A stretch of DNA of 47,205 nt, counting the filler, from Rhynchobatus australiae (taxonomy: Eukaryota): the NCBI GenBank assembly GCA_034780895.1. It is 2 parts of 2 records of this genome, joined end to end, with 100 filler letters (N's around TTAATTAATTAA, not from the genome) between each part and the next. Parts side by side here need not be neighbours in the genome. Positions count along the whole stretch, not along the records: positions 16,571 to 47,205 come from JAUZTB010000087.1; 1 more part is not named here. One strand, given 5' to 3'. Below the pieces are notes generated by a model. It was not told the DNA's origin, did not search any database, and saw only the letters and a list, made by a program, of their open reading frames with translations. This document shows, piece by piece, positions 24,181-34,900 of the stretch (its first letter is position 1; each line of letters starts with the position of its first letter). Position numbers and translations under genes: made by a program.

Positions 24181-24984
24181 TTAAAGAAAAAAATGACATT
24201 TGTTATATATTAAGGAACATGGGTAGAGTAAATAGAGAGAAACCATTTCTTCTAGTGAGTGATCTGAAACTAGTCTGAAGGTTAGAGACTGGTCTTTCAG
24301 GAAATGCTTCAATGTACAAAGGGGGCTTAGAAATTCAGGACTTTCTGCAAAAGATAACTGATGCACTGAAGTCAGCGTAATTATTACTTTTAAATCAGAA
24401 TCAATAGATTTTTGAAAATACAGAGGGTTTGAAGGAACATGGGGAAAAGAAAGTTATANNNNNNNNNNNNNNNNNNNNNNNNNNNNNNNNNNNNNNNNNN
24501 NNNNNNNNNNNNNNNNNNNNNNNNNNNNNNNNNNNNNNNNNNNNNNNNNNNNNNNNNNTATATCACATTAGATTGCAAGTTGGACATGATCTCATTTGAA
24601 TGATAGAAATGGCACAAGAGGCTAAATTGCCTATTCCTGTTATTATGCTATGTAACAATTACTATTATTAATAGCTAGCTTCATTGTTAGGATATGTCAC
24701 TGTTGCATATTACTGGCAGGAACCCAAACTGGACTCCCACGAGAATGGGTTTGGTTTATATTGATGCGAGTCAGTTAATCTCATACAAGTTAGATTTCTG
24801 GATGCCTACAACATAAAGAGAACATGCATGATAACAGTGAGATAACTAAAGAAACAAAAATGCACACAGAATATTTGAGAACCATGAGTTGGAATAATGG
24901 TTGTGATCTTTCTTCAATAAACGTGCTGATTTTTCTAGTATGATGACACCAGGCAGCAGATAAGCGATCTATTCTAAGGTGTTA

Positions 24985-25400
24985 AAACAAAGAAAATTTC
25001 ACACAATTTTCCTGATTTCTGGACATCCCAAAGTGTTTTACAGTCAATCAAATACTTTTAAGTGTTGTAGTGGATGTGATCAATCATGACAGTCAAGTTG
25101 TGCAAAATCCCATAATCATCAATGGGATAAAAGACTAATTAATCTGCATTATTAATGATGATCAAGGGATTATTGTTGGCCAGATACCAGAGAGAACTTT
25201 CTCCATTTTCACAAAATAGCCCATAGGAAATGTCACATCAACCTGAGACAATTGCTGACATCTGGCTTTAACAGTGCAGCACAGACAGTGCAACAGTCCT
25301 TCCATACTGCACTGGACAGTCAGCAGGGATTATGTGCCCAAGTCTTTGGAGTGGGTCTCTGACTCAGAGGTGAGAATGCCCCCAGTGGAGCCAAAACTGT
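24985..25400 (-). mobile_element. Deu-domain SINE remnant
   Basis: ggacatcccaaagtgttttacag...ttggccagataccagagagaact...ctccatactgcactgga...gattatgtgcccaagtct. Confidence 0.65.
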
Positions 25401-26059
25401 CCATTGTTGTAATGAGTAATCAATTCTGCATGCAACAAATAACCTTATGGACCAGGATGACAAATCAAATAGGTCACATCTAATTAATGTGTCATGGTAA
25501 TTGTTTAAATCAACATCCCAAAAGGAGAAAAAAGTTATTAATCACAAGGGAAACTTGCAAGCGTAAATTTTCTCAAAAGTAAATCTAAAACCACAACCTG
25601 CTTTAGACATTACNNNNNNNNNNGGAGAATCTGACATTCTGTGCAATTAATCAGAGTCTAATTTCAGATGATTAGTGTTAAATCCAGTACTGTTTTCCAG
25701 TTGCCTTTCAAACAACCAGGATCACTTAGCACATGTGGAAGTTACTGAACGCAGAAATCTTGCACTCTATTACAATATGGATGTCCAGAAGATATGAACT
25801 ACATCAACTCATAATTTGCCCAATTTGCAATGAAGAGTGGGGGTTAGAAGTCATCAACATGCTGACAACTTTATACTCACAGTACAATATCTGGTGGTCA
25901 GGATATATATAGGACATGGAACTGGGAATCATTATGCAAATCTATACAGACACCCAAGACCAAAATGAATGGCCAGGCATAACAGTTGGAAACTAATCAG
26001 TAAATCAGATGCAACCTGTACAGAGAACTGACGAGTCAGTGTTTCAAATAGTTGCCTCT

Positions 26060-26167
26060 TCATATAGCATAGAAAAGTAGAGCACTAGACAGGTCATTCA
26101 GCCCATGATGTTGTGCTGATCTTGATACCACTTTATACTAAATGTCCTCCTCCTGTGTATCATCCAT
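26060..26167 (-). mobile_element. CR1 3' end running into a gap
   Basis: Shares tttatactaaatgtcctcctcctgtgtatcatccat exactly with the CR1 3' end at about 29271-29306. Confidence 0.85.
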
Positions 26168-26267
26168 NNNNNNNNNNNNNNNNNNNNNNNNNNNNNNNNN
26201 NNNNNNNNNNNNNNNNNNNNNNNNNNNNNNNNNNNNNNNNNNNNNNNNNNNNNNNNNNNNNNNNNNN

Positions 26268-27320
26268 AGGGGACATGGAATGAGAGGGAGGACAGGGGAA
26301 GGGAGGGTGGATGAGTGGAATAGAGGGGAGGGAGGTGGAGAGGAAGGGGTAGAGGAGGGGGATGGAGGGGGCAGGAGGGGAATTGAGAGGAGGGGTTGGG
26401 AACAGAGGAGTGGAGAGGAAGTGGGGATTAGGAGGACGGTGGAGGGTGAGAGGAGTTGGGGTGAGGGGGGATGAGGTAGACAGTGGGGTAGTGGGGAGGC
26501 AATAGCCAGGACGGGGTGGGGGAGGGGGCAGGAGGGTGTGAGAGGAAGTGGAAGGGAGAGGGAAGCGATGGGGCGGAGAGGATGGGGAGAAGAGAAAGGA
26601 GGGCGGGAAGCAGATTGGGGGGGAGGGAGAGGACAGGATGAGGCAGAGGGGGAAGGGAGAGCAGGAGGACCAGGGAGAGGAGGAGGGAGTGAGAGTGGAA
26701 GGGGAAAAGACTGAGGGAGGGAGGAGTGGGTCAAAAGGGAGGTTGTGGGCTATGGGGGGGTGCTTGAGAAGGGCGGAGGGCTAGGTTTAGGCAGGAAGGG
26801 AGAGGCTGCAGGAGTGAGTGTGCGGGAGAGGGAGGTGGAGGGTGACGGGATGGGGAGGAACAAAGTGGTAGGTAAGGGGTAGAGATGGGTGACGGGACAA
26901 TGAAGGAAATGTGTGGGACAGAAGGGGGAATGGGCAAGGGGTGCGGGACTGGTGGGGTATTGCTGGAGCAGTTGAGGAGGAGTTTGGGGAGGGAGGGCAG
27001 GACAGAAGGGGAGAGGGTGAGGGGAGGGTTGGGGACAGGTGTGACGGCCTGGGCTGTGGGGAGGGAGGGAAGAGAGTGGGTGGAAGGCAGAGAATGAAGC
27101 TGAAGAAAAGCTGAGGGAGAAGCAGTGGAGGATGGCGGAGTGCAGAGGTGGGAGTTACTGAGGGTGTAGAGGGAGGTGGAGGCGAGGGGATTGGGTGGAG
27201 CAGCAGGTGATGGGGAGACCGGAAGGAGAGTGCTGAGGATTGGGGATGGGAGATGAGCAAGGGGAGAGGTGGGGCAGGAGGGATGGCATGTGGGGGGAGA
27301 GAGGGAGAGGGATTTTGGGG
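26268..27320. repeat. About 1 kb G/A-rich low-complexity tract
   Basis: Dense GGG/GGAG/GAGG runs on the plus strand with few pyrimidines and no regular period. Confidence 0.9.
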
Positions 27321-29199
27321 AGTTCTGACAGTAGGGTTGGGACTGTATGACCCCGGTGGACTTGCGTTTGGGGGGCCTTGTCAAGCCAGTGACACTCCAG
27401 TGCTTGGAGATATGAATTGAGTTGCAGTAGGGTCCAGGCCTGGAGGGCTTTGGACAAGGTGGTCCGTCACTGCTGCTGCCTTGCCCTCTGTGGAAGCCAC
27501 AGTGAGGCCTGTGGTATCTGAAGAACCTTGGTGCAGCACAGCTGAGATTTGACCTCTGTAGGTGTGACCTGCTGGAGAGGGAGTGGAGACTGCACCTGTC
27601 ATCAGGTGTACTGTACAAGCAAGTGCTCTCTCGTGAATGGCTTTAAACAGGGCCCATCCAGGTGAGTGTTGCTTGTTCTGACACGCTCCTGACAGGCCGC
27701 GTAGAGCAGACCGCAAGTAACCACTTGCCGCAGTGTTTCTTCACCGCAGTGTTGAGGTGGTTGGTCGGTTCAGCTTGGACAGTGGTGAGGCCTGACGGTG
27801 AAGGGGAGTTGGGCCCATTGGCAGTATCACCATTTCCAGTCAGGTGTTGGTCGGTCTTGCTGCCCCTCTATAATCATCTGTCTCGTTATCAGAACTAAAG
27901 TGTGAAGAAGTGTGATGCCTGCGTTTGAGATATGGTGGAGGGAGGGTGATTTAAGGAGCAGCTTTGGGACTGACACACTTTCTCCTCCGTACATCATGGA
28001 GCTGAGATGATTGACTTTCACCTCCCAACTGTCCGATGTGGGACAGTGGCAAGTTCCTTGGTGCTGACGAGGGCGGTCACCCTGTCTCTCCCCACCCGTC
28101 GTCCAATGATTTAGCTGTAGTCAAGACGGTGCTGAACACTCGAGCCAATTGGTCCTGGAGGAAGCCAACCATCCCCATGCTTACTGGGGAGCCCCTGGTG
28201 CTCCAACAGGGAGAGGCTGATGGGGAAAATAACCCGTTCAGGTGCCATGGTTACCACATGTGAGTGGGGGAAGCAGAGGATGAAGGCTGCACTGAGGTGT
28301 GGGGTGATGTTGAGTGACAGCTGGTGTCAATCCTGGGAGCCTGTTACATCCCTGGAATTCTGCAATCATCAGTAAATGCATCATAGTGTAAGGAGAAGCC
28401 AGCTAGGAGCAGTCAGGCTGACAACAGACTTCCTTATGTTAAAAGCCCCTTGTAGACTAAACTTGAGCTTCATATCCCAAGGGCTTGTGTTTAAAAACAT
28501 TCCTGCTGCCTCCACGCCTCCCTCCAAAGACTCGCACACATTACATGACAGCAAGAGTATTTAAGGGTGTACGGTGCGGAGCGGGGACTGGACACTGCAG
28601 ACTTCGAAAGGAGTTTCAACGGGTGGGAAGGATTTCAAAATAGCATATTTCCTTATTTCTCCCAGGCTGGGGGAAGGGAGGAGGTGGACAATTCCCAAGA
28701 AATTTTCCATTGGAATTAAACTTTTAAAAAGGGACAAGGGAGTAACTTGCTACTTCTCCTGAGAAAGTGGTGTTTACATGCTTAAAGTGGCGACTGTTGA
28801 TAATTCATTTCGATGAAATGAAACAAGTCAGTGAGTGTGGGGACCTCAGGAATGTGTTCCAGTTCCAGTCTGGAACACCGCACTGTCGACAGTAAAATCA
28901 ATAAAAGGATAAAGCAGGCTTGGAGGGATGATTGGTGTCATGTGATTTTACTTTAGCAGAAGTAGTTTTTCGATTTGCCATGTCAAGCTGGTGGATTTGT
29001 GTCTTAACGACATCCCCTTTAAGGCCCCATCCTGTCCGCCACTTCAGAGATATTCAGGAATAGTTTTGAATCTGCAGTGACTTGTGTCACGGAGTGTTGC
29101 ACCACAGATTGAATTCAGAGAGTGCTTAGAACTGTCAGCTCTGCAGGAATTAAAGATTCCTACAGTGACGATACACTAGAAAAAAAATATTAGAATTAT

Positions 29200-31385
29200 C
29201 TTAGAACATGGAACGGTCCAGCACTGGACAGGCCATTCAGCCCACAATGTTGTGCCGAACTCGATGCCGATTTATACTAAATGTCCTCCTCCTGTGTATC
29301 ATCCATATCCCTCCATTCCCTTCATATTCATGTGTCTAACAGCCTCTTAAACTCCACCAAACTGCCTGCTTCCCTGGTAACCCATTCCAGGCACCTACAA
29401 CTCTATGCGTAAAAAACTTGCCTCTCACGTCACCTTTAAACTTCTCCCCTTTAACCTTGAAAGCATGTCCTCTGGTGTTTGACATTTCTACCTGAGGGAA
29501 CAGATTTTGACTGTCTACCTTATCTATGCTTCTCATAAATTTTAAAAACCTCCATCAGATCTCCCTTCAGTCTCTGACTCTCTAGGGAGAACAACCAAAA
29601 TTTGTTCAATCTTTCCTAATAGCTCATACCCTCTAATCCAGGCAGCATCCTGGTAAACATCTTCTGCACCCTTTCCACTGTCTCCACATTCTACCTATGA
29701 TGGGGCGACCAGAACTGCACATGATACTCCAAGTGCAGTCTGACTAGTTTCGTATAGCTGCAGAATGACTTCCTTACTCTTATACTCAACACCCCTACCA
29801 ATGAAGGCAAGCATGCCATACGTTTTCTTTACCAACTTATTCACTTGCGTAGCCACTTTCAGTGAACCATGGATCTGGACCCCAATGCTACTAAGGGGCC
29901 TATCATTAACTGTATACTTTCTCCTTTCAATTGACCTCCCAATGTGCAACACCTCATACTTGCCTGGATTAAACTCCATCTGCTACTTCTCTGCTCATAT
30001 CTGTAACTGATCTATCTCCCGCTGTATTTTTTGATAGTCCTTTACACTGTCCACAACTCCATCAATCTTGGTGTCATCTGCAAACTTGCTAACCCAGCCA
30101 TCTACATTCTCATCCAAATCATTGATATACATCATAAACAACAGAGGTCCCAGCGCTAATCCTTGTGGAACACCACTGGCCATGGACCTCCAGCCAGAAT
30201 AACAGCCTTCCACCCCTACTCTGTCTTCTATGGGCAAGCCAGTTCCAAATCCAAATTTGCAATTCACCCTGATCCCTTGCATCTTTATCTTCTGAATCAA
30301 CCTATCATGAGGGACCTTATCAAGTGCCTTACTAAAGTCCATGTAGATAACGTCCACTGCCTTACCCTGATCAAGCTCCTTTGTGACATTCTCAAAAAAA
30401 CTCAATCAAGCTTGTAAGGCATGATCTGCCCTGCACAAAGCCATGCTGACTGTCCCCAAACAGGCAATACCTTTTCAAATGTGCCCAAATCCTATCCCTC
30501 AGTATCCTCTCCAATAGCTTCCCTACCACTGACCTGAGGCTCACTGGCCTATAATTACCTGGATTATCCCTATTTCCCTTCCTGAACAAAGGCACAAGAT
30601 TTGCTACTTCCCAGTACTCCAGGGCCTCACCTGTTGTTAGTGAGGACACAAAGATCTTTGTGTCAAAGCCCCAGTAATCTCCTTGCTTCCTTCTTTCAAT
30701 ATCCTGGGATAGATGCAATCAGGCGCTGGAGACTTATCCACCTTAATGATTTTCAGAAGACCCAGCAACACCTCATCAATCTCAAAATGTTCCAGTACAT
30801 TAGCATGCCCCATTCTGCTTTTATTATCCTTCAAATCCTTCTCCTCGGTAAATACTAACATAAAGTACTCATTTAGCACCTCAGCCACTTGCTCTGACTT
30901 CAAGCACAAATTCCCTCCTTTATCCTTGAGTGGACCTACCCACTCCTTATTATCCTCTTTTTCTAAATGCAAATATAAAATGCCTTGGGATTATCCTTGA
31001 CCCTGCTCGCTAAGGACATTTCATGGTCCCTTCTGGCCTTCTTAATTGCCTGCTTGAGCACTTTCCAGCTATCTTTATATTCCACAAAGGCCCAGTCTGA
31101 CTTTAGCTTTCTAAACCTTGTGTATGCTTCCTCATTCTTCCTGACTAAATTTAGGACGCCTTGGGTCACCCAAAGTTTCCTTACTTTACCATCCTTGTCC
31201 TTACTCCTTACCGGAACATGCTGATCCTGAACTCTGAGCAGCTGGTCTTTAAACAACGTGGACTTGTCAGACAGCAGTTACTCCTAATCAACATCCCTTA
31301 GTTCCCGTCTTATCCTGTTGTATTTTCCCTCCCCCAATTCAGTATCTTCCCGCAAGATCCAATTTTATCCTTACTCTTAACTATC
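29200..31385 (-). mobile_element. 5'-truncated CR1 LINE with a frameshifted ORF2 reverse transcriptase; best-preserved LINE in the window
   Basis: Consecutive ORF pieces: KSPAPDCIYPRILKE, NPGNYRPVSL..VVGKLLE..SQHGF, VDVIYMDFSKALDKVPH..SGVPQG..LGPLLF..YINDL..KFADDTK, MEFNPGK, NTRGHAFK..FFTHRVVGAWNGLP. Confidence 0.96.
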
Positions 31386-31629
31386 TATAACTATCATAAC
31401 TATCTTCACCCCAGGGCATTGCAAATACCACTGATGAACAGTTTACAGTCAGTAATGGGGCATTCAAATGCATCCAAAATACAAAACAGTGATAATTTGA
31501 CTACAGCAGTGATCAAAATACCTATATGATGAAATACAATCACTTTAACTAGATATGCGTTCATGATAAGTAGATCACTATAAAATTAGTTTAACAGGGC
31601 TTTCAAATACTTTGGGACATCCACTGCCA

Positions 31630-31810
31630 GAGACAAACCTAGAAACCAGTTCCATAAGAGTCTCATCAGAAATCTTGAAGGCAAGCCATAAGGAGACGGT
31701 TTGTCAGAGGTGAAGGCTTTTTCTTCTGCAAATACTTCAGAGAAAGAAATACATAGAGATTCACAGAGGGAATTCCAGGGCTTATAGACTAATAGTTGAA
31801 AACCAAGTCC
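31630..31810 (-). mobile_element. L2-type fragment, decayed
   Basis: gagggaattccagggcttatagactaatagttgaa is antiparallel to the L2-type tails elsewhere in the window. Confidence 0.45.
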
Positions 31811-32339
31811 TGAAAAGTTAAGCAAAGCAAATTCAAATTACAACAAATGGGCAGAACAACAGGAACTTACACAGGCACTTCGAAGCTCAATTGGAAAGGA
31901 ATAATGCAGGTTATTCAGATGGCCTGCCCTTGATCAGCAATATTTTCCAGAACAGAATTCAATTTGCTGCCAACATTTACTTAGGATAACGGAGAAGTCT
32001 TAATAAACGACATTTAAAAGAAAATTGGAAGTGCTGAAAGCACCACAGCCCCCATGGAAAAGATTGAAATCAGCTGACATCTGAATTTAAGATCCTTCCT
32101 TTGTAGTAACATGTCAAAGAAGTGGAAGCAGGAGTAGCCCCTCAGCCTGCTGCACCATTTATAAAGCGTTGGCTTTAACTTCACATTTCTGCATGTTCCG
32201 TGCAACCTTTGACAACCCGTAGTTGGAAGATCAACAGTTGACTAAGATTGTCAGGTCATTGTTATTGAACAACCATCGAAAAACAATTTACTACTCTTGG
32301 AATTAATCATCTAAAATTAGATCCATGTCTGAAAGGAGA

Positions 32340-32472
32340 AGTTAATCAACAGTGACATCCTCTCCCAGGCCAACATCTCCAGTATTGAGACCATAATTAC
32401 ACTCAGTTGGCTCCACTGGGCAGACCATGTCACTTACCCAACACCAGACTCTGAAAGTATAGTCTATTCCAA
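32340..32472 (+). mobile_element. RTE fragment
   Basis: catcctctcccaggccaacatctccagtattgag...ctgggcagaccatgtc...caccagactc, homologous to 5400-5510. Confidence 0.65.
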
Positions 32473-32479
32473 CAAGTAA

Positions 32480-32671
32480 ATGGAAATAAAAAAAAGGGAA
32501 AATGCTGGAAATACTCAGAGAAAGAGCTGACATTTCAGATCAAAGACCCTTCATCAGAACTGAAAAGGAGACAAGTATCTTATCTTGGCTAGCTTGTTAA
32601 GTATCAGGGAGGGTGGGGGAGGGGAATGTCTCCAATGGGGTAAAACCAGAGTAACCACGGGGATAAAGCTG
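32480..32671 (-). mobile_element. Older Penelope-like terminus, host of the nested mini-element; probably continues past 32815
   Basis: aaatgctggaaatactcag...gacatttcagatcaaagacccttcatcagaactg, followed by purine-rich sequence as in 8383-8780. Confidence 0.7.
32525..32561 (-). ncRNA. Minimal type I hammerhead ribozyme motif
   Basis: Minus strand AGTT-CTGATGA-A-GGGTC-TTT-GATCT-GAAA-T-GTC-AGCT: intact CUGANGA and GAAA boxes, 5-bp stem II (two GU pairs), GUC triplet, 4-bp stem I, vestigial stem III. Confidence 0.6.
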
Positions 32672-32814
32672 TAATACAGCGTGCTGATGAAGGGTCTCAG
32701 CTTGAAACGTTGACTTTTTTTTCCCTCCATGGACGCTGCCTGACCTGCCGAGTTCCTCCAGCACTTTTTGTGTATTGCTCCAGATTCCAGCATCTGCAGA
32801 ATTCTGTGTGTCTT
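32672..32814 (+). mobile_element. 143-bp Penelope-derived mini-insertion with a hammerhead core and an 11-bp target-site duplication
   Basis: GGATAAAGCTG at 32661-32671 and 32815-32825. The insert contains CTGATGAAGGGTCTCAGCTTGAAACGTTGAC and gctgcctgacctgccgagttcctccagca, homologous to the terminus of 8383-9136. Confidence 0.85.
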
Positions 32815-33579
32815 GGATAAAGCTGCACTCAAGCTTATCTAATCAATGAGTGAATGGGAACAATTAGAGAGTGAGAATATAAAGAAAAGAACATAGACAA
32901 AAGAATGCAGGAGTTGCAAAGTGCAGAGCAAGACACTGTGCCCGGCAGGTCAGGCTGCGCACGTTCTCCACTTTCAGAGAAAGGGAAAAATCTATTCCAA
33001 TGCTATTGTGGGAAGAAATTACTAGATTCTTAAATTCTTAGCTGTGGTTCTGGATGGCAGCTCATCACCATAGAGCATCTAGGGATGGGCAATAAAATTC
33101 AGGCCAGAAGGTCAGGGACACTCATGTCCCATGAATGAATAAACATGTCTGAAGAGTGACACCAGTTACCACTTGAACTATAAACCGTCAATCTATAGTG
33201 GATAAAATGCATAAAATATCAGTGGGAGTCATGAGTAACAACTTTTAGTAGCGCACCTGTGGAAAAATAAAGACTATGATCAGGCATATCGGTAGTTGAT
33301 CTTAAATGAAAGATTTCTCTCTCTGCTGTTATCTTTGAGTCCAGGGAGAAGTATNNNNNNNNNNNNNNNNNNNNNNNNNNNNNNNNNNNNNNNNNNNNNN
33401 NNNNNNNNNNNNNNNNNNNNNNNNNNNNNNNNNNNNNNNNNNNNNNNNNNNNNNAGGGAGAAGTATTTGCCTCTTTGCATTTGTTGCTTGGATGACTCCG
33501 GGATGGCTACTGTAACCTGACACATTCTTGGTGTTTCACTAGTTTTGTGCGTAGCTATTTCACAATTCATTTAAGAAAT

Positions 33580-34470
33580 GGACTGCATTCTATAGCGCTT
33601 ATCATGAGTACATGGTTTTTAAAAGACCTTTACAGCCAATGAAATGCCTTTAAGTACAATATGTGCACTGTAACTTCCAACAAATAGCAAGAACACAAGA
33701 ACATAGGAGTAGGGGTAGGGCTCCAGACCCATCAAGCCTATTCTGCCATTCAATATGATCATGGCTGATCAATGTTGGCCCTAACTCCTCTTCTGTGTCA
33801 GTTCCCCATAACCATCAATTCCTCAGTCTTTCAAATATTTACCTTTCTCCATCTTATATCTATCTAATGATCTGGCCTCCACCATCCTCTGGGGCAGAGA
33901 ACTCCAGAGATTCACTACCCTCGAAGAGAAGAAATGTTTACGTACCTCAGTTTTAAATGACTGGCCCCTTATTTTGTAGCAAGTCCCCTTGTTCATGACT
34001 TTCCCAACATCAAAAATATCTCAACATCTACCCTTTCAAGCCCCCCTTGGATCTTATATGTTTGAATAAGGTCATCCCTCATTCTTCCCAGTTCCAAGGA
34101 ACAAAACCCAAACTATCTAGCCACTCTTGACAGGACAACCCTCTCATCCCAGGAATCAGCCAGGTGAATCTCCTTTATACCAGCACTAGAGGCGGTACAT
34201 CTTTTATTTTTTGGTAAAGGGACCAAGACTGTGCACAGTATTCCGGGTATGGCCTCACCAACAACCCATACAACTGTAACAAAACCTCCCTATTCCTAAA
34301 CTCCAAACTCGCAACTCAGTGATGACCAGACAAGTTGTATTGGTGATGTTGGTTAAAGGATTAATACTAGCCAAGCAACAGGGAGAATCATCTTTAAATT
34401 ATGCCATGGGATCTTAACATATAACAGTTCAGAATATACCTTGTTTAATGTCCCAATCATGAGACAGATT
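33580..34470 (-). mobile_element. Deu-domain SINE split by a CR1 insertion (halves about 33580-33690 and 34311-34470)
   Basis: ctttacagccaatgaa...caaatagcaa continues after the CR1 as gtgatgaccaga...gtgatgttggtt...tgccatgggatctt. Confidence 0.65.
33691..34310 (-). mobile_element. CR1 3' 0.6 kb
   Basis: caagaacataggagtagg...ccattcaatatgatcatggctgatc...catcccaggaatcagcc...ctgtgcacagtattcc; typical CR1 3' end. Confidence 0.88.
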
Positions 34471-34719
34471 GTTAATTTAAACTCTGGAAAATCATGGAGA
34501 GCAAGTGTTTGGACCTTCAATCCTTTCCCATTAATACAGGTAAAAGCATCACAAACCACAATAACAGAAATTTGAAGTGGAAGGGAAAGGAAGAGTGTGG
34601 TTGAAATGTTAGGAATATGTTGAAACTTCTGTTTCACAGTGAGCATCCTAAATGAGACCGTCACTATGTATCCATGCAATAAATGAATCCTTCACACTAC
34701 TTAAATGTTAAGTACAGGA

Positions 34720-34900
34720 AGTGTAGTTAAGGAAGAGGTCAATAGACTTTTAGATAATAAGGGAATTTAGGGATATTGGGTTACTGCAGGATACTGGCAC
34801 TGAGGTAAAATATTAGCCATGATCTTACTGAATGACGGGCCAGGCAAGAGGGTCCAAATGGCCTAGTCCTGCTTCTAATTTTTTTTATGTTCTTATGTAA
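34720..34900 (+). mobile_element. CR1 3' tail
   Basis: tagccatgatcttactgaatg...aaatggcctagtcctgcttcta...tatgttcttatg. Confidence 0.75.

Larger units (their letters stand above)
21400..24650 (+). mobile_element. Old CR1 LINE, heavily deleted and split by later insertions (host pieces about 21400-22490, 23370-23500, 23690-23800, 24180-24650)
   Basis: ORF1-like ctcagagtcaccaagctgga...gagaggagtatctggac; RT aattataacccagttagcctaaca (NYNPVSLT); ggttatattccctggaatttagaaaattaa; 3' UTR catgatctcatttgaatg...gcctattcctgtt. Confidence 0.7.

Noticed and set aside
26138-27618. Long Pro/Ser-rich minus-strand ORFs (198, 295, 157 aa) and Gly/Glu/Arg-rich plus-strand ORFs
   Set aside because: By-products of the G/A low-complexity tract, which lacks stops in several frames. 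No domain, signal peptide or splice structure; not amelogenin-like.
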